IMG/VR virus record: IMGVR_UViG_3300013902_000009
Span: 35,818-99,817 of that record
Length of the DNA: 64,000 nt
Reading direction: 5' to 3' (one strand)
Source: a virus
Lineage: Duplodnaviria; Caudoviricetes
In this document: one piece after another, positions 20,163 through 28,290 of the stretch
How the letters are laid out: the number at the start of each line of letters is the position of its first letter
Numbering within the stretch: position 1 is the first letter of the stretch
The notes under the pieces: generated by a model
Told to the model about the DNA's origin: nothing
Seen by the model: the letters and a program-made list of their open reading frames with translations, nothing else
Databases searched by the model: none
Made by a program: the position numbers and the translations under genes

Positions 20163-20318
20163 ATGACTGCATTTAGAATACTATTAATGATGCATAAGCA
20201 TCAAAAGACAGATACAATCAAGCTTTCCCCAAAGAAGTTAGAGTTTGATTATAAAGAGGACTCAAAAGATCTAAGTGTAGAATCAAATACTGAATGGTCT
20301 ATAAGTGTAAACAAATAA
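20163..20318 (+). CDS. 51-aa protein consisting mainly of the N-terminal half of a BACON domain (not in ORF track)
   Basis: MTAFRILLMMHKHQKTDTIKLSPKKLEFDYKEDSKDLSVESNTEWSISVNK*. Confidence 0.7.
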   Translation: MTAFRILLMMHKHQKTDTIKLSPKKLEFDYKEDSKDLSVESNTEWSISVNK

Positions 20319-20320
20319 TT

Positions 20321-20380
20321 ATTTTTGTTTATATTTTTGTTTATATTTTTGTTTATATTTTTGTTTATATTTTTGTTTAT
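20321..20380 (+). repeat. perfect 12-bp tandem repeat x5 (ATTTTTGTTTAT)
   Basis: Five exact copies; the last AT forms the ATG at 20379. Confidence 0.95.
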
Positions 20381-22067
20381 GGCAACAAATTGGGTAAAAT
20401 TAAGTAAGAGCTCAGGCTCTATGAATGATTCAGTAACAGTTACAGTTAATGAATATACTGGACGTTCTGACCGTGGTAGTACTATTACTGCAAAAACAGC
20501 AGGTGGTGCCACGGATACTACCTCTGTTACACAGAAAGGCAAAGCAGAGTTTATTAGCGTTGGTACATTGACTTATAATGCAGCAGCTAAAGGTAATAAT
20601 TCTGATGGTTCTGATACTATACAGATTACTGGTACTGCTAATACTGCTAATATCAAAGTAGTAGAGGAAACTCTTAACGTATCTAATCCACTCTTAAGTG
20701 GTAGAATCATTGACAATGCTACATATAAAATTCAAGTCAATGCTGTTAATGATACCTCTTGGGATGGTGAAACAGATACTGGTATTGATGGCGACCCCGG
20801 TAAGGATGCACAATATACATTTACTATTGATGTAACTATTCCTGAGAATAAGTCAGAGAAGACTAAAACACTTCAATTTAACCTAAAAAATGGTAATTCA
20901 AATGTTTCTACTGAAGCTATTACTATTAATCAAGCTGCTGGTAAGAAGACTTACGGTGATATTACACTTACAGTAGGTTCTTATCAGCAGATTCCTGCTT
21001 CTGGTGGTACTGTTGATGCTCCTTCTATTTCATACTCTCAGCCTTGGGGTTGGAATGGCGCAACCTCAGGTGGTGGCACTATTACTACAGGTGGTACTGT
21101 AACTTTTGCATTTGAAAACGAGGCAGTTGCTAGTGGAGATTATGAATGGACACTTAATCCTACTACAGGTGAAGTAGAAGGAGTTGATCAAGATAATTAT
21201 GTGACCGAAATACATTCAAGTAATGTTATTATTTCAATTAATAGTAATGGTAAGATTGCATCTAAAACAGTTGCTGTAACACAAGAAGCTAACAAGGTTA
21301 CTTATTCTGTTACAAACGTTACTCTTGGAGATACAACAGATATTCCAGCTTCTGGTGGTACAGTATCTTCTACTACAGTTACAGCTAAGGGTTCCAAGAC
21401 TTATACATCTGGTTCTAAAGAAGAGAACATAACTCTTACTAATGGTTCTGATGATTGTGCTATTACTTGGAGTTCTGCTATTACGGCTGCTTCACTTGGC
21501 ACTACAGTCACTAATAGAACCAAAAAGGGCACTCTTACAGCTACAGTTGCTTGGAAGACAGCTGCTACCAATACTGGTTCCGTAGATGTATATCAGGCTG
21601 CTAACACGGCTACTTACAGTGACATCACATTTGATTCTGCCGTTACTACAACAGTATCACTTAAGGCTGATGGAACTCAAAGTCGCAATATGACTGATAA
21701 CTCTAATGTTGGTGCTAAGCAGACTGTTACTTACACTTCTGGTGCTACTAGAACTGAATCTAGCTCTACTTCAAAGGTTGTATTTAGCTTTACACCTACA
21801 GTTAAGACTGCTGCTACAGGATTCGCTTTATCTTCTGATGGAATTGTTTCTGTTGGTGCAAACCCGACAACTACATCAAGAGGCGGTTTTGTAGTTACGG
21901 TTGCTGTTGAAGGCGAGGGTGGCAAGACTGCTACTAGAGAATTTACATTTAATCAGCAAGGTAGTAGCTCTTATATTACAATTACTCCTGATAGCCTCAC
22001 ATTTGCCGCTGCTGGTGAAGAGAAGACTATTACAATTGATTCTAATGACAGTTGGACTCTTGAATAA
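20379..22067 (+). CDS. BACON/Ig-like repeat virion protein 1
   Basis: Starts with a BACON C-half (WVKLSKSSGS..VTVTV...TG..R...IT...VTQ), has IPASGG...Q.AN repeats, ends with a BACON N-half (ITITPDSLTFAAAGEEKTITIDSNDSWTLE). Confidence 0.8.
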   Translation: MATNWVKLSKSSGSMNDSVTVTVNEYTGRSDRGSTITAKTAGGATDTTSVTQKGKAEFISVGTLTYNAAAKGNNSDGSDTIQITGTANTANIKVVEETLNVSNPLLSGRIIDNATYKIQVNAVNDTSWDGETDTGIDGDPGKDAQYTFTIDVTIPENKSEKTKTLQFNLKNGNSNVSTEAITINQAAGKKTYGDITLTVGSYQQIPASGGTVDAPSISYSQPWGWNGATSGGGTITTGGTVTFAFENEAVASGDYEWTLNPTTGEVEGVDQDNYVTEIHSSNVIISINSNGKIASKTVAVTQEANKVTYSVTNVTLGDTTDIPASGGTVSSTTVTAKGSKTYTSGSKEENITLTNGSDDCAITWSSAITAASLGTTVTNRTKKGTLTATVAWKTAATNTGSVDVYQAANTATYSDITFDSAVTTTVSLKADGTQSRNMTDNSNVGAKQTVTYTSGATRTESSSTSKVVFSFTPTVKTAATGFALSSDGIVSVGANPTTTSRGGFVVTVAVEGEGGKTATREFTFNQQGSSSYITITPDSLTFAAAGEEKTITIDSNDSWTLE

Positions 22068-22085
22068 GTCTAATATATATCCAAT

Positions 22086-22114
22086 GAATGTAGGGGATAA
22101 AATCCCCTACATTC
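22086..22114 (+). terminator. 13-bp perfect hairpin between the BACON genes (terminator or processing site)
   Basis: GAATGTAGGGGAT-AAA-ATCCCCTACATTC; weak U-tract. Confidence 0.6.
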
Positions 22115-22144
22115 TATTATTATTAATAGTTAAACAAATTTATT

Positions 22145-24751
22145 ATGGCTAAACCTGCGTGGATAGAAATAATTAATGGCGCATCTGGTAGTGGGTCTAC
22201 AACTAGGACGTTAAAAGCAAAAGCTCATACTGGTAGGTTAAGTAGGTCAGGTTCTATTAAAGGCACTGTATCAAGTGGAGAATCAGACACTGTTTCTCTT
22301 TCGCAAATTGGAGCAAACGAATTTATTAGTATTAATTTGCAATCGTATTCTGTTACAGCCTTGGGAGGAGTTGTAACAATTACTGGTACAAGCAATTCTC
22401 CTTCTTTAAAGATAACCAATCTAAGTAATGCGAGCATTATTTCTAGCAGGTCTTTAAAGATAAATGGAACGACTTATACTTGGGATGGAGATTCATCTCA
22501 TTTAATAGCAAACGACCCCGGTGCTGCTAATACGTATTCTTTTGAAATATCATTAAGTATAACTGAGAATCAAACCGAAAGTTCTAGGTCTACTTCTTTT
22601 TATTTGAGCGATTCTGGCTCAACAGTTGTTAAAACTAGTACTATATCTATAACTCAAGCTGCTGGTGTTAAAACCTATGGAACAGAAGATTTTACTCTAA
22701 ATTATAATATTTGGGATATTCCAGCATCTGGTGGAACAGCAAGTTGTATATATTCATTCACAATCCCTTGGGGTTGGAATGGCAAAACGTCTGGAGGAGG
22801 TACACTAACACAAAATGATGAGCATACTATAGAGTTTAATTATAGAGATGACGGTCCAGATTATCCTTTTGATTGGAGTTTAGATAGCAATACAGGAGAT
22901 ATTACAGTTGCTAGTCTAGGAACAAATGAGACTACTAGCAGTAGTGGTAATATATATATTCAAGCTACTGTTACTATACAGGGTAAGACAATTTATGCAG
23001 AAGATTATGTTGAACAGCAAGCTAATGAAGTTTCCTATAGGTTAGGTGATATAGAATTATCAGTTGATGATATTCCCGCATCCGGAGGAACAGCTAGCGT
23101 TAATTTTATATCAGGAATTGGTTATACTAATTATTCTTCCGGAGAATCATCAACAACCTCTCTGTTTAGTAGTAGTGATGTTTCTATTGACCATAATGAT
23201 GTATCTGCAGATAATCTTGGTACCACAGTAAAGAGTAGAACTAAAGTAGGAACTCTTAATGTTATAGTTACTTGGAATGGTGTTACAGAATTCCCAAGTC
23301 TTGATGTATATCAAGAAGCGAATAAGATAGAAAATACCACTTATGAGGGAGGAGAAATTACTTATGAAGATGTTTCTATTGGAGAAATTACAGATGGATA
23401 TATACCAGCATCGGGAGGAACGGCTACCGCTACAGCGGGAGATGGAAGTCAAAGTTGGTCACGTACAAGTGAAACTAAAATTAATCATTATACATCTGGA
23501 GAACGTGAAGAACTTTTACACGATTTTGCTAGATCGGGTACTGATAAAATATCACCTTCTGTAGATTCTATTAAAGCTGTAGCTGCTTCAAGAGGAACTA
23601 CTGTTGGTTCAACAATAACTTTAAAAACTCAAACTGTTACTTGGATTGGAGAAGGAGGTTTATCTAAGTCTGGTGTCATAGTTATATATCAAGAGGAAAA
23701 CAAGGTAGAAGAAACTTCAACAGAAGGAGGCAATGTTAGTTATTCTGACTTAGTAGCTGGAGATATTACAAATGGTATAATTCCTGCATCTGGTGGAAGT
23801 GCAACTGCAACGGCTGGGAAAGGAAGTGTAGTGAAAGCGATAGAATCTACATATAATGTAAATACATATACATCTGGTTCCATAGACAGAGTTTTAGCTA
23901 ACGCAGGTTCTTCTGAAACTATCGAAGTAGAGCCTTCTGTAAGCTTAATTTCCGCTACTGCTTCTTCTAAGGGTACTACCATATCAGAGCAAACAGTTGT
24001 AAAATCACAAGATGTTACTTGGGAAACAGGTAATTTGTCTGTTTCTGATAATATGTATATTTATCAAGAAGCAAATACAAAATCTATTTCTGAACTAAAA
24101 ACCAATATAGAAACGTTAAATGTTCCAGCGGAAGGTTGTACATATTCATTGCAAGAAATAATAAATCCATTACAATATTATGTTTATACATCTGGAGAAA
24201 AGAAAGAAATAACTCCGATGTGGTTCGGATACGAGCAAGGAGCAAATAGTAATACTTATAATTTCATTACTATAGAATATAACAATATTAGTTTTGGCGA
24301 AAATGATGGAGATGCTAGAAGTGGTGTAGTTACTATTACAGTTAACACTATAGATGAAGATGGTATTGTAGATTATTCTAGTATTATAGATGTTGATATA
24401 TCATTTATTCAGGAAAAAAAGCTTAAAAAACCATCAATGGTTATAGACCACAATGAGTTCTATGCAAATGGAAATTTAACATTTGATAATAATACAACTA
24501 TTGCGATACTTAAAGTTACAGATAATGATAATGCTGGATGGTCAATACATCCATTTTCACAAGGAGCATGGTTATTAATAGATTCTTCGTCACTTGTTAT
24601 TTCTGGTACAGGCGCAAGTGTTATATCTGTTACTGTAAAAGTAAATGAAACTCTTGAAGATAGAAATGGTAATATATCCCTTTATAGCGGAGAAGATCAA
24701 GTCGATAGCGTATCCGTTACGCAATTAGCAATTTCTAAAATTAATCTATGA
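22145..24751 (+). CDS. BACON/Ig-like repeat virion protein 2 (paralog of 20379)
   Basis: Starts with a BACON C-half (PAWIEI..ASGSG...HTGR.SRSG), has four IPASGG repeats and a C-terminal BACON (W...SGTG..VISVTV..N....R.G.I...V.VTQ); shares PWGWNG with the upstream gene. Confidence 0.8.
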   Translation: MAKPAWIEIINGASGSGSTTRTLKAKAHTGRLSRSGSIKGTVSSGESDTVSLSQIGANEFISINLQSYSVTALGGVVTITGTSNSPSLKITNLSNASIISSRSLKINGTTYTWDGDSSHLIANDPGAANTYSFEISLSITENQTESSRSTSFYLSDSGSTVVKTSTISITQAAGVKTYGTEDFTLNYNIWDIPASGGTASCIYSFTIPWGWNGKTSGGGTLTQNDEHTIEFNYRDDGPDYPFDWSLDSNTGDITVASLGTNETTSSSGNIYIQATVTIQGKTIYAEDYVEQQANEVSYRLGDIELSVDDIPASGGTASVNFISGIGYTNYSSGESSTTSLFSSSDVSIDHNDVSADNLGTTVKSRTKVGTLNVIVTWNGVTEFPSLDVYQEANKIENTTYEGGEITYEDVSIGEITDGYIPASGGTATATAGDGSQSWSRTSETKINHYTSGEREELLHDFARSGTDKISPSVDSIKAVAASRGTTVGSTITLKTQTVTWIGEGGLSKSGVIVIYQEENKVEETSTEGGNVSYSDLVAGDITNGIIPASGGSATATAGKGSVVKAIESTYNVNTYTSGSIDRVLANAGSSETIEVEPSVSLISATASSKGTTISEQTVVKSQDVTWETGNLSVSDNMYIYQEANTKSISELKTNIETLNVPAEGCTYSLQEIINPLQYYVYTSGEKKEITPMWFGYEQGANSNTYNFITIEYNNISFGENDGDARSGVVTITVNTIDEDGIVDYSSIIDVDISFIQEKKLKKPSMVIDHNEFYANGNLTFDNNTTIAILKVTDNDNAGWSIHPFSQGAWLLIDSSSLVISGTGASVISVTVKVNETLEDRNGNISLYSGEDQVDSVSVTQLAISKINL

Positions 24752-24780
24752 GGAATTGTATAATATTTGTTTAAACAGAA

Positions 24781-24798
24781 TGAGTAACTTGTTACTCA
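24781..24798. promoter_or_regulatory. palindromic operator-like site TGAGTAAC-TT-GTTACTCA
   Basis: Perfect 8-bp inverted repeat; half-site TGAGTAAC recurs at 24855-24862. Confidence 0.5.
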
Positions 24799-24810
24799 AA
24801 AATTATTTAG

Positions 24811-24846
24811 AATCCCTTACTGGAATATCTCCAGTGGGGATTTTTC
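24811..24846 (+). terminator. intrinsic terminator ending the fibre block
   Basis: AATCCCTTACTGGA-ATATC-TCCAGTGGGGATT plus T-run. Confidence 0.7.
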
Positions 24847-24887
24847 ATTTTATATGAGTAACGTTATGCATGCAATAATCTATTCTA

Positions 24888-24895
24888 TAACTTTG
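24888..24895 (+). promoter_or_regulatory. Bacteroidota-type -7 promoter element
   Basis: TAACTTTG(C) matches TAnnTTTG, 44 nt before ATG 24940. Confidence 0.7.
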
Positions 24896-24939
24896 CAATC
24901 GTAGCTACAAATTAAGTTTAACACTAAAATGTATTTATT

Positions 24940-25830
24940 ATGGCAGAGGATTCAACAAAAACTTATGTATTCGGGCAGGATAGCTCGTTTGGTATGCTTG
25001 GAATGCTTGCACCACTTCTACAACAGAGAGGTATAGACCCTTCCGTATTAGCTTGTATGAAGAATAATAACAACGGATTCGGTGAAGGCGGTTGGTTTAT
25101 GTGGATTATCTTCCTTTTCTTCCTTATGGGATGGGGAGGTAATGGTTGGAACGGACGCAACGGCAACCAATCAGAATGGCTTGCAAGCCAACTAAACAAT
25201 GATTACGGCAGAGACGTATTGCTTCAGGCAGTAAATGGTAACGGTAACGCTGTTAGCCAGTTGGCTACAACACTTAATTGTGACATTAATTCCGTACAGA
25301 CGAGCCTTAACAATATCAGCAACGCAGTAGGCATGAATGGACAACAGATTATCAACTCACTACAGATGGGTAATAATCAGCTTGCTTCACAGTTAGCTCA
25401 GTGCTGCTGCGAGAACAAATTGCTTGCTACACAGCAGGGTTACGAAAATAGGATTGCAACTCAGGAGCAAACATGTACACTTGGAGGTAAGATAGATAAT
25501 AGCGCAAATACTATAAGCTCTCAGATTGCTGCTCAGACTACTTTCCTAAGTGATAAATTCTGCGATTTGGAGAAAAGGGAAATGCAAAGCAAGATTGACG
25601 CCTTAAGAGAGGAAAGGTCAACATTGTTAAGCAATATCAATAATGCTCAGCAAACAGCAGCGATACAGCAATATGTTGCAAACGTTGTGGCTCCTATAGC
25701 AGCTGATGTTAACGCTATTAAAGCTGCACAGCCTCCTACTGTAGCGGTACCTTATCCGCAACTTACGGCTGTACCTTCTGTTTATGCAGCTAATCTTTAT
25801 GGTTATAATACACAAGGTTTGTGGGCTTAA
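24940..25830 (+). CDS. uncharacterised membrane-anchored coiled-coil protein with GWGG and CCC motifs
   Basis: GWFMWIIFLFFLMGWGGNGW TM segment, N/Q-rich heptads, QLAQCCCENK; resembles a family seen in gut phages/prophages. Confidence 0.8.
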   Translation: MAEDSTKTYVFGQDSSFGMLGMLAPLLQQRGIDPSVLACMKNNNNGFGEGGWFMWIIFLFFLMGWGGNGWNGRNGNQSEWLASQLNNDYGRDVLLQAVNGNGNAVSQLATTLNCDINSVQTSLNNISNAVGMNGQQIINSLQMGNNQLASQLAQCCCENKLLATQQGYENRIATQEQTCTLGGKIDNSANTISSQIAAQTTFLSDKFCDLEKREMQSKIDALREERSTLLSNINNAQQTAAIQQYVANVVAPIAADVNAIKAAQPPTVAVPYPQLTAVPSVYAANLYGYNTQGLWA

Positions 25831-25847
25831 CAATTGGAGGAGAGGAT

Positions 25848-26180
25848 ATGCTTAACCAATATCTTTTTTATAGCAATAGAAGCGGCATACCTCGCATAGA
25901 GACGGAATCAGTTACTGTTGGCACATCAAGCGTTGACTTTACCGTTACTTCAAGAAAAATATTTGGTAATCAATTTAGTGGATTGATTCTAGTGAAGATG
26001 TCGCAGGCTATACCTTCGGGTACTACAACTACTTTACCAATAACATTAACTTCGGCTTCCGGTATAAAAAACATAACTACATATAATGGAGCTAATATAA
26101 CTGTTGCTGATTTTAAAGGAGTAGGTATATACGTTATGTATTATGATTCAAATACTGGTGTATTACAACTAGTAGGATAA
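25848..26180 (+). CDS. small all-beta protein, companion of the CCC gene
   Basis: ATG at 25848 preceded by GGAGG; NRSGIPRIE...FSGLILV...QAIPSGTTTTLPI. Confidence 0.7.
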   Translation: MLNQYLFYSNRSGIPRIETESVTVGTSSVDFTVTSRKIFGNQFSGLILVKMSQAIPSGTTTTLPITLTSASGIKNITTYNGANITVADFKGVGIYVMYYDSNTGVLQLVG

Positions 26181-26206
26181 ATGTTTAACTAAAAATAAAA
26201 AGACAG

Positions 26207-26734
26207 ATGTTCCAGTCAGTAAGACAAAATAGTCAGGTATATTTACTCCATAAAGGAGATAATCCTTATGTTGAGATTGGCACTATAACTTCTGTTCCAC
26301 AGATAAAGCCAAAATATACTATACCTCAAACATTTGGTCAAAACGAAATGATTGTTAATCTTACGGTTAATGTAAATGGAGTCAATCATAATTTTAAGGA
26401 TTTGCCTTCTAACCTTGATATAGCAGATGTCTATATGGGTGCAGATTGCGTATCTATATCCGATAGTAGAGATGCAATCAATAGTGAAGTACTATCGCTT
26501 AAGAAGAAAAGTATGGATATTATAGATAGTTATGAAAAACATAAAAGTTTAATTTCTGTTTATGATAATATACTTAAGGATATAAATCCGGAGTTTGCTG
26601 AAAGACAAAATCAACGTGAGGAGATTGAGTCGCTAAAAGCAAGAATCGTATCTATGGAGAATAATACAAATCAATTACTTGAGACTAATAAGCTTCTGCT
26701 TGAACGTCTGTCTAAATTAACAAAGGAGAACTAA
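26207..26734 (+). CDS. hypothetical protein, beta N-terminal domain plus coiled coil
   Basis: MFQSVRQNSQVYLLHK...INPEFAERQ..EEIESLK. Confidence 0.7.
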   Translation: MFQSVRQNSQVYLLHKGDNPYVEIGTITSVPQIKPKYTIPQTFGQNEMIVNLTVNVNGVNHNFKDLPSNLDIADVYMGADCVSISDSRDAINSEVLSLKKKSMDIIDSYEKHKSLISVYDNILKDINPEFAERQNQREEIESLKARIVSMENNTNQLLETNKLLLERLSKLTKEN

Positions 26735-26737
26735 ATT

Positions 26738-26923
26738 ATGTCAAGAATGTGGGAAATACGTGAGAATGCTACACGCTCAAGAAGGAGTGGAAGAAATGTA
26801 AATGATGTCGATTACGACGACGAAGATGATGATGACTCTTATGAGTGTGGTTATGATGACGGTTATAGAGCTGCAATGAAGGCTATGGGACGCAAGCGCT
26901 CAAGGCGAGGCGAAGTCGAGTAG
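26738..26923 (+). CDS. 61-aa highly charged protein
   Basis: Arg-rich ends, acidic core and YECGYDDGY motif; upstream AGGAG. Confidence 0.65.
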   Translation: MSRMWEIRENATRSRRSGRNVNDVDYDDEDDDDSYECGYDDGYRAAMKAMGRKRSRRGEVE

Positions 26924-26927
26924 AGTT

Positions 26928-26968
26928 GGAGGGGTGGGTTAGATTTAACTTACCCCTTCTTTTTTTTT
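26928..26968 (+). terminator. intrinsic terminator
   Basis: GGAGGGGTGGGTTA...TAACTTACCCCTTC followed by a long T-run. Confidence 0.75.
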
Positions 26969-26987
26969 ATTCTTTAATTGGTTCAAT

Positions 26988-27401
26988 ATGGGAATGAGAT
27001 TGGATTACAATGCTAAACTTCCATCTGGCATGGAAGAATACATAGAGTCTTACGGTTGGCATTTCTCTAAGAGGATGTGTGACTGGGCGTGTTCAAGAAT
27101 GTACAAAAGCATAAATGGTAAAAAAGAATATATTAATCCATATACAAAGGACTGGGTCGAGCAGTTATTGCGTAATTGGTCTATTAGTATAGACTCAGCT
27201 TATATATATGATGCAATATATATAGCTAATATGTGCAAGGCTGACTTTTTCGGTTCTAGTATATCAGACGACCAACGTTTAGCATATTATGTTGGTGACG
27301 TAATAAATGACGCTGATGGGTATGATGGTATGGTTTTTACTAGATTCTATGCTGATTGTATAGGTAGTGGTACCCCTATAAACTGGGAGGATATGATTTG
27401 A
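26988..27401 (+). CDS. conserved helical phage protein of unknown function
   Basis: YIESYGWHFSKRMCDWA...YD..YIANMCKAD...D.DGYDG..FTRF.AD....G.PI.WEDM. Confidence 0.75.
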   Translation: MGMRLDYNAKLPSGMEEYIESYGWHFSKRMCDWACSRMYKSINGKKEYINPYTKDWVEQLLRNWSISIDSAYIYDAIYIANMCKADFFGSSISDDQRLAYYVGDVINDADGYDGMVFTRFYADCIGSGTPINWEDMI

Positions 27402-27428
27402 TTTAGTTATTTGTATTGTTTATATTTG
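27397..27428 (+). promoter_or_regulatory. Bacteroidota-type promoter (-33 TTTG / -7 TATATTTG)
   Basis: TTTG at 27397-27400, 20-nt spacer, TATATTTG at 27421-27428. Confidence 0.65.
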
Positions 27429-27447
27429 TCAATAAATCTTTTTCGAC

Positions 27448-27753
27448 ATGATGAAAACCTTGCGCAGCGGATTGTGCTGTATCATCAACGAGATAGATAG
27501 TGGTAATTCTGAGCTTTCAAAGAAAGACGAGGAAACCTTATCTACTTTGATTAAACAGTTTGTAAAGACTGATCTTCCAATGAGTAAGTATCAGGCATAT
27601 CATTATTTAAATGTAAGTAGAGCTACATTTGATAGACTTGTTAAGGAGGGCAAGATTGTGTCGGGAAGGAAATTGATTGGCTTTAAGGAGAAGGTTTGGT
27701 ATAAAAGAGACCTTCTCCATATAAATAATACAAGAAATGGAAATCAAAGTTAA
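27448..27753 (+). CDS. excisionase/AlpA-like HTH DNA-binding protein
   Basis: MSKYQAYHYLNVSRATFDRLVKEGKI..G.K..G....W...DL. Confidence 0.75.
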   Translation: MMKTLRSGLCCIINEIDSGNSELSKKDEETLSTLIKQFVKTDLPMSKYQAYHYLNVSRATFDRLVKEGKIVSGRKLIGFKEKVWYKRDLLHINNTRNGNQS

Positions 27754-28198
27754 ACGTGTTAAAAAGACAGACAAGGTGACTATTGGTACATTAAGTATCA
27801 ATGGAGTGTACGTGTGTGATACACTTGAAGATAAAGATAGAGGATTGAAATCTACTGATAGCCTTATAGATATAAATAAGGTTAAAGTAAAATCCGAAAC
27901 CGCAATACCTTTTGGTAAATACAACGTGACACTTAAAGTAAAATCGCCTAGGTTTTCATCAAAGCCTTACTATAATAAGTTTTGTGGTGGGTTCCTACCT
28001 AGGCTACTTGATGTCAAGGGGTTTAGTGGAGTGCTAATTCATCGAGGAGTTAACGAAACGCATACAGAAGGTTGCATACTTGTTGGTAAAGCTTCTGGTA
28101 ATATACTAACAGATAGCCAAAGGTGTTTTGAGAATCTGTATAAACAACTCAAAACAGCATCAGATAAAGGCGAAATGATTACAATATCGATTGAATAA
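27737..28198 (+). CDS. DUF5675-family protein, putative lysin/peptidoglycan peptidase
   Basis: TIGTL..CDTLED, ETAIP.GKY, LPRLLDVKGFSGVLIHRG...TEGCILVG (His/Cys motif of YkuD-like fold). Confidence 0.75.
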   Translation: MEIKVKRVKKTDKVTIGTLSINGVYVCDTLEDKDRGLKSTDSLIDINKVKVKSETAIPFGKYNVTLKVKSPRFSSKPYYNKFCGGFLPRLLDVKGFSGVLIHRGVNETHTEGCILVGKASGNILTDSQRCFENLYKQLKTASDKGEMITISIE

Positions 28199-28228
28199 AC
28201 TATTAATATAAACATTAATGGTTTATTA

Positions 28229-28265
28229 ATATGTTTGCGTCTAGATTAACGCAAACATATATTTG
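28229..28265 (+). promoter_or_regulatory. promoter of the capsid operon overlapped by a 12-8-12 inverted repeat
   Basis: TTTG at 28234-28237, 20 nt, TATATTTG at 28258-28265; ATATGTTTGCGT-CTAGATTA-ACGCAAACATAT. Confidence 0.7.
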
Positions 28266-28290
28266 CGTAAAAATGTAAACATATACGATT

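Noticed and set aside
20321-20380. Possible CRISPR array
   Set aside because: Contiguous 12-bp units with no spacers and no cas genes
20249-20542. Minus-strand ORF with NKNI repeats, and the FIFL N-terminal extension of ORF 20325
   Set aside because: Both are by-products of the 12-bp tandem repeat; the plausible start is ATG 20379
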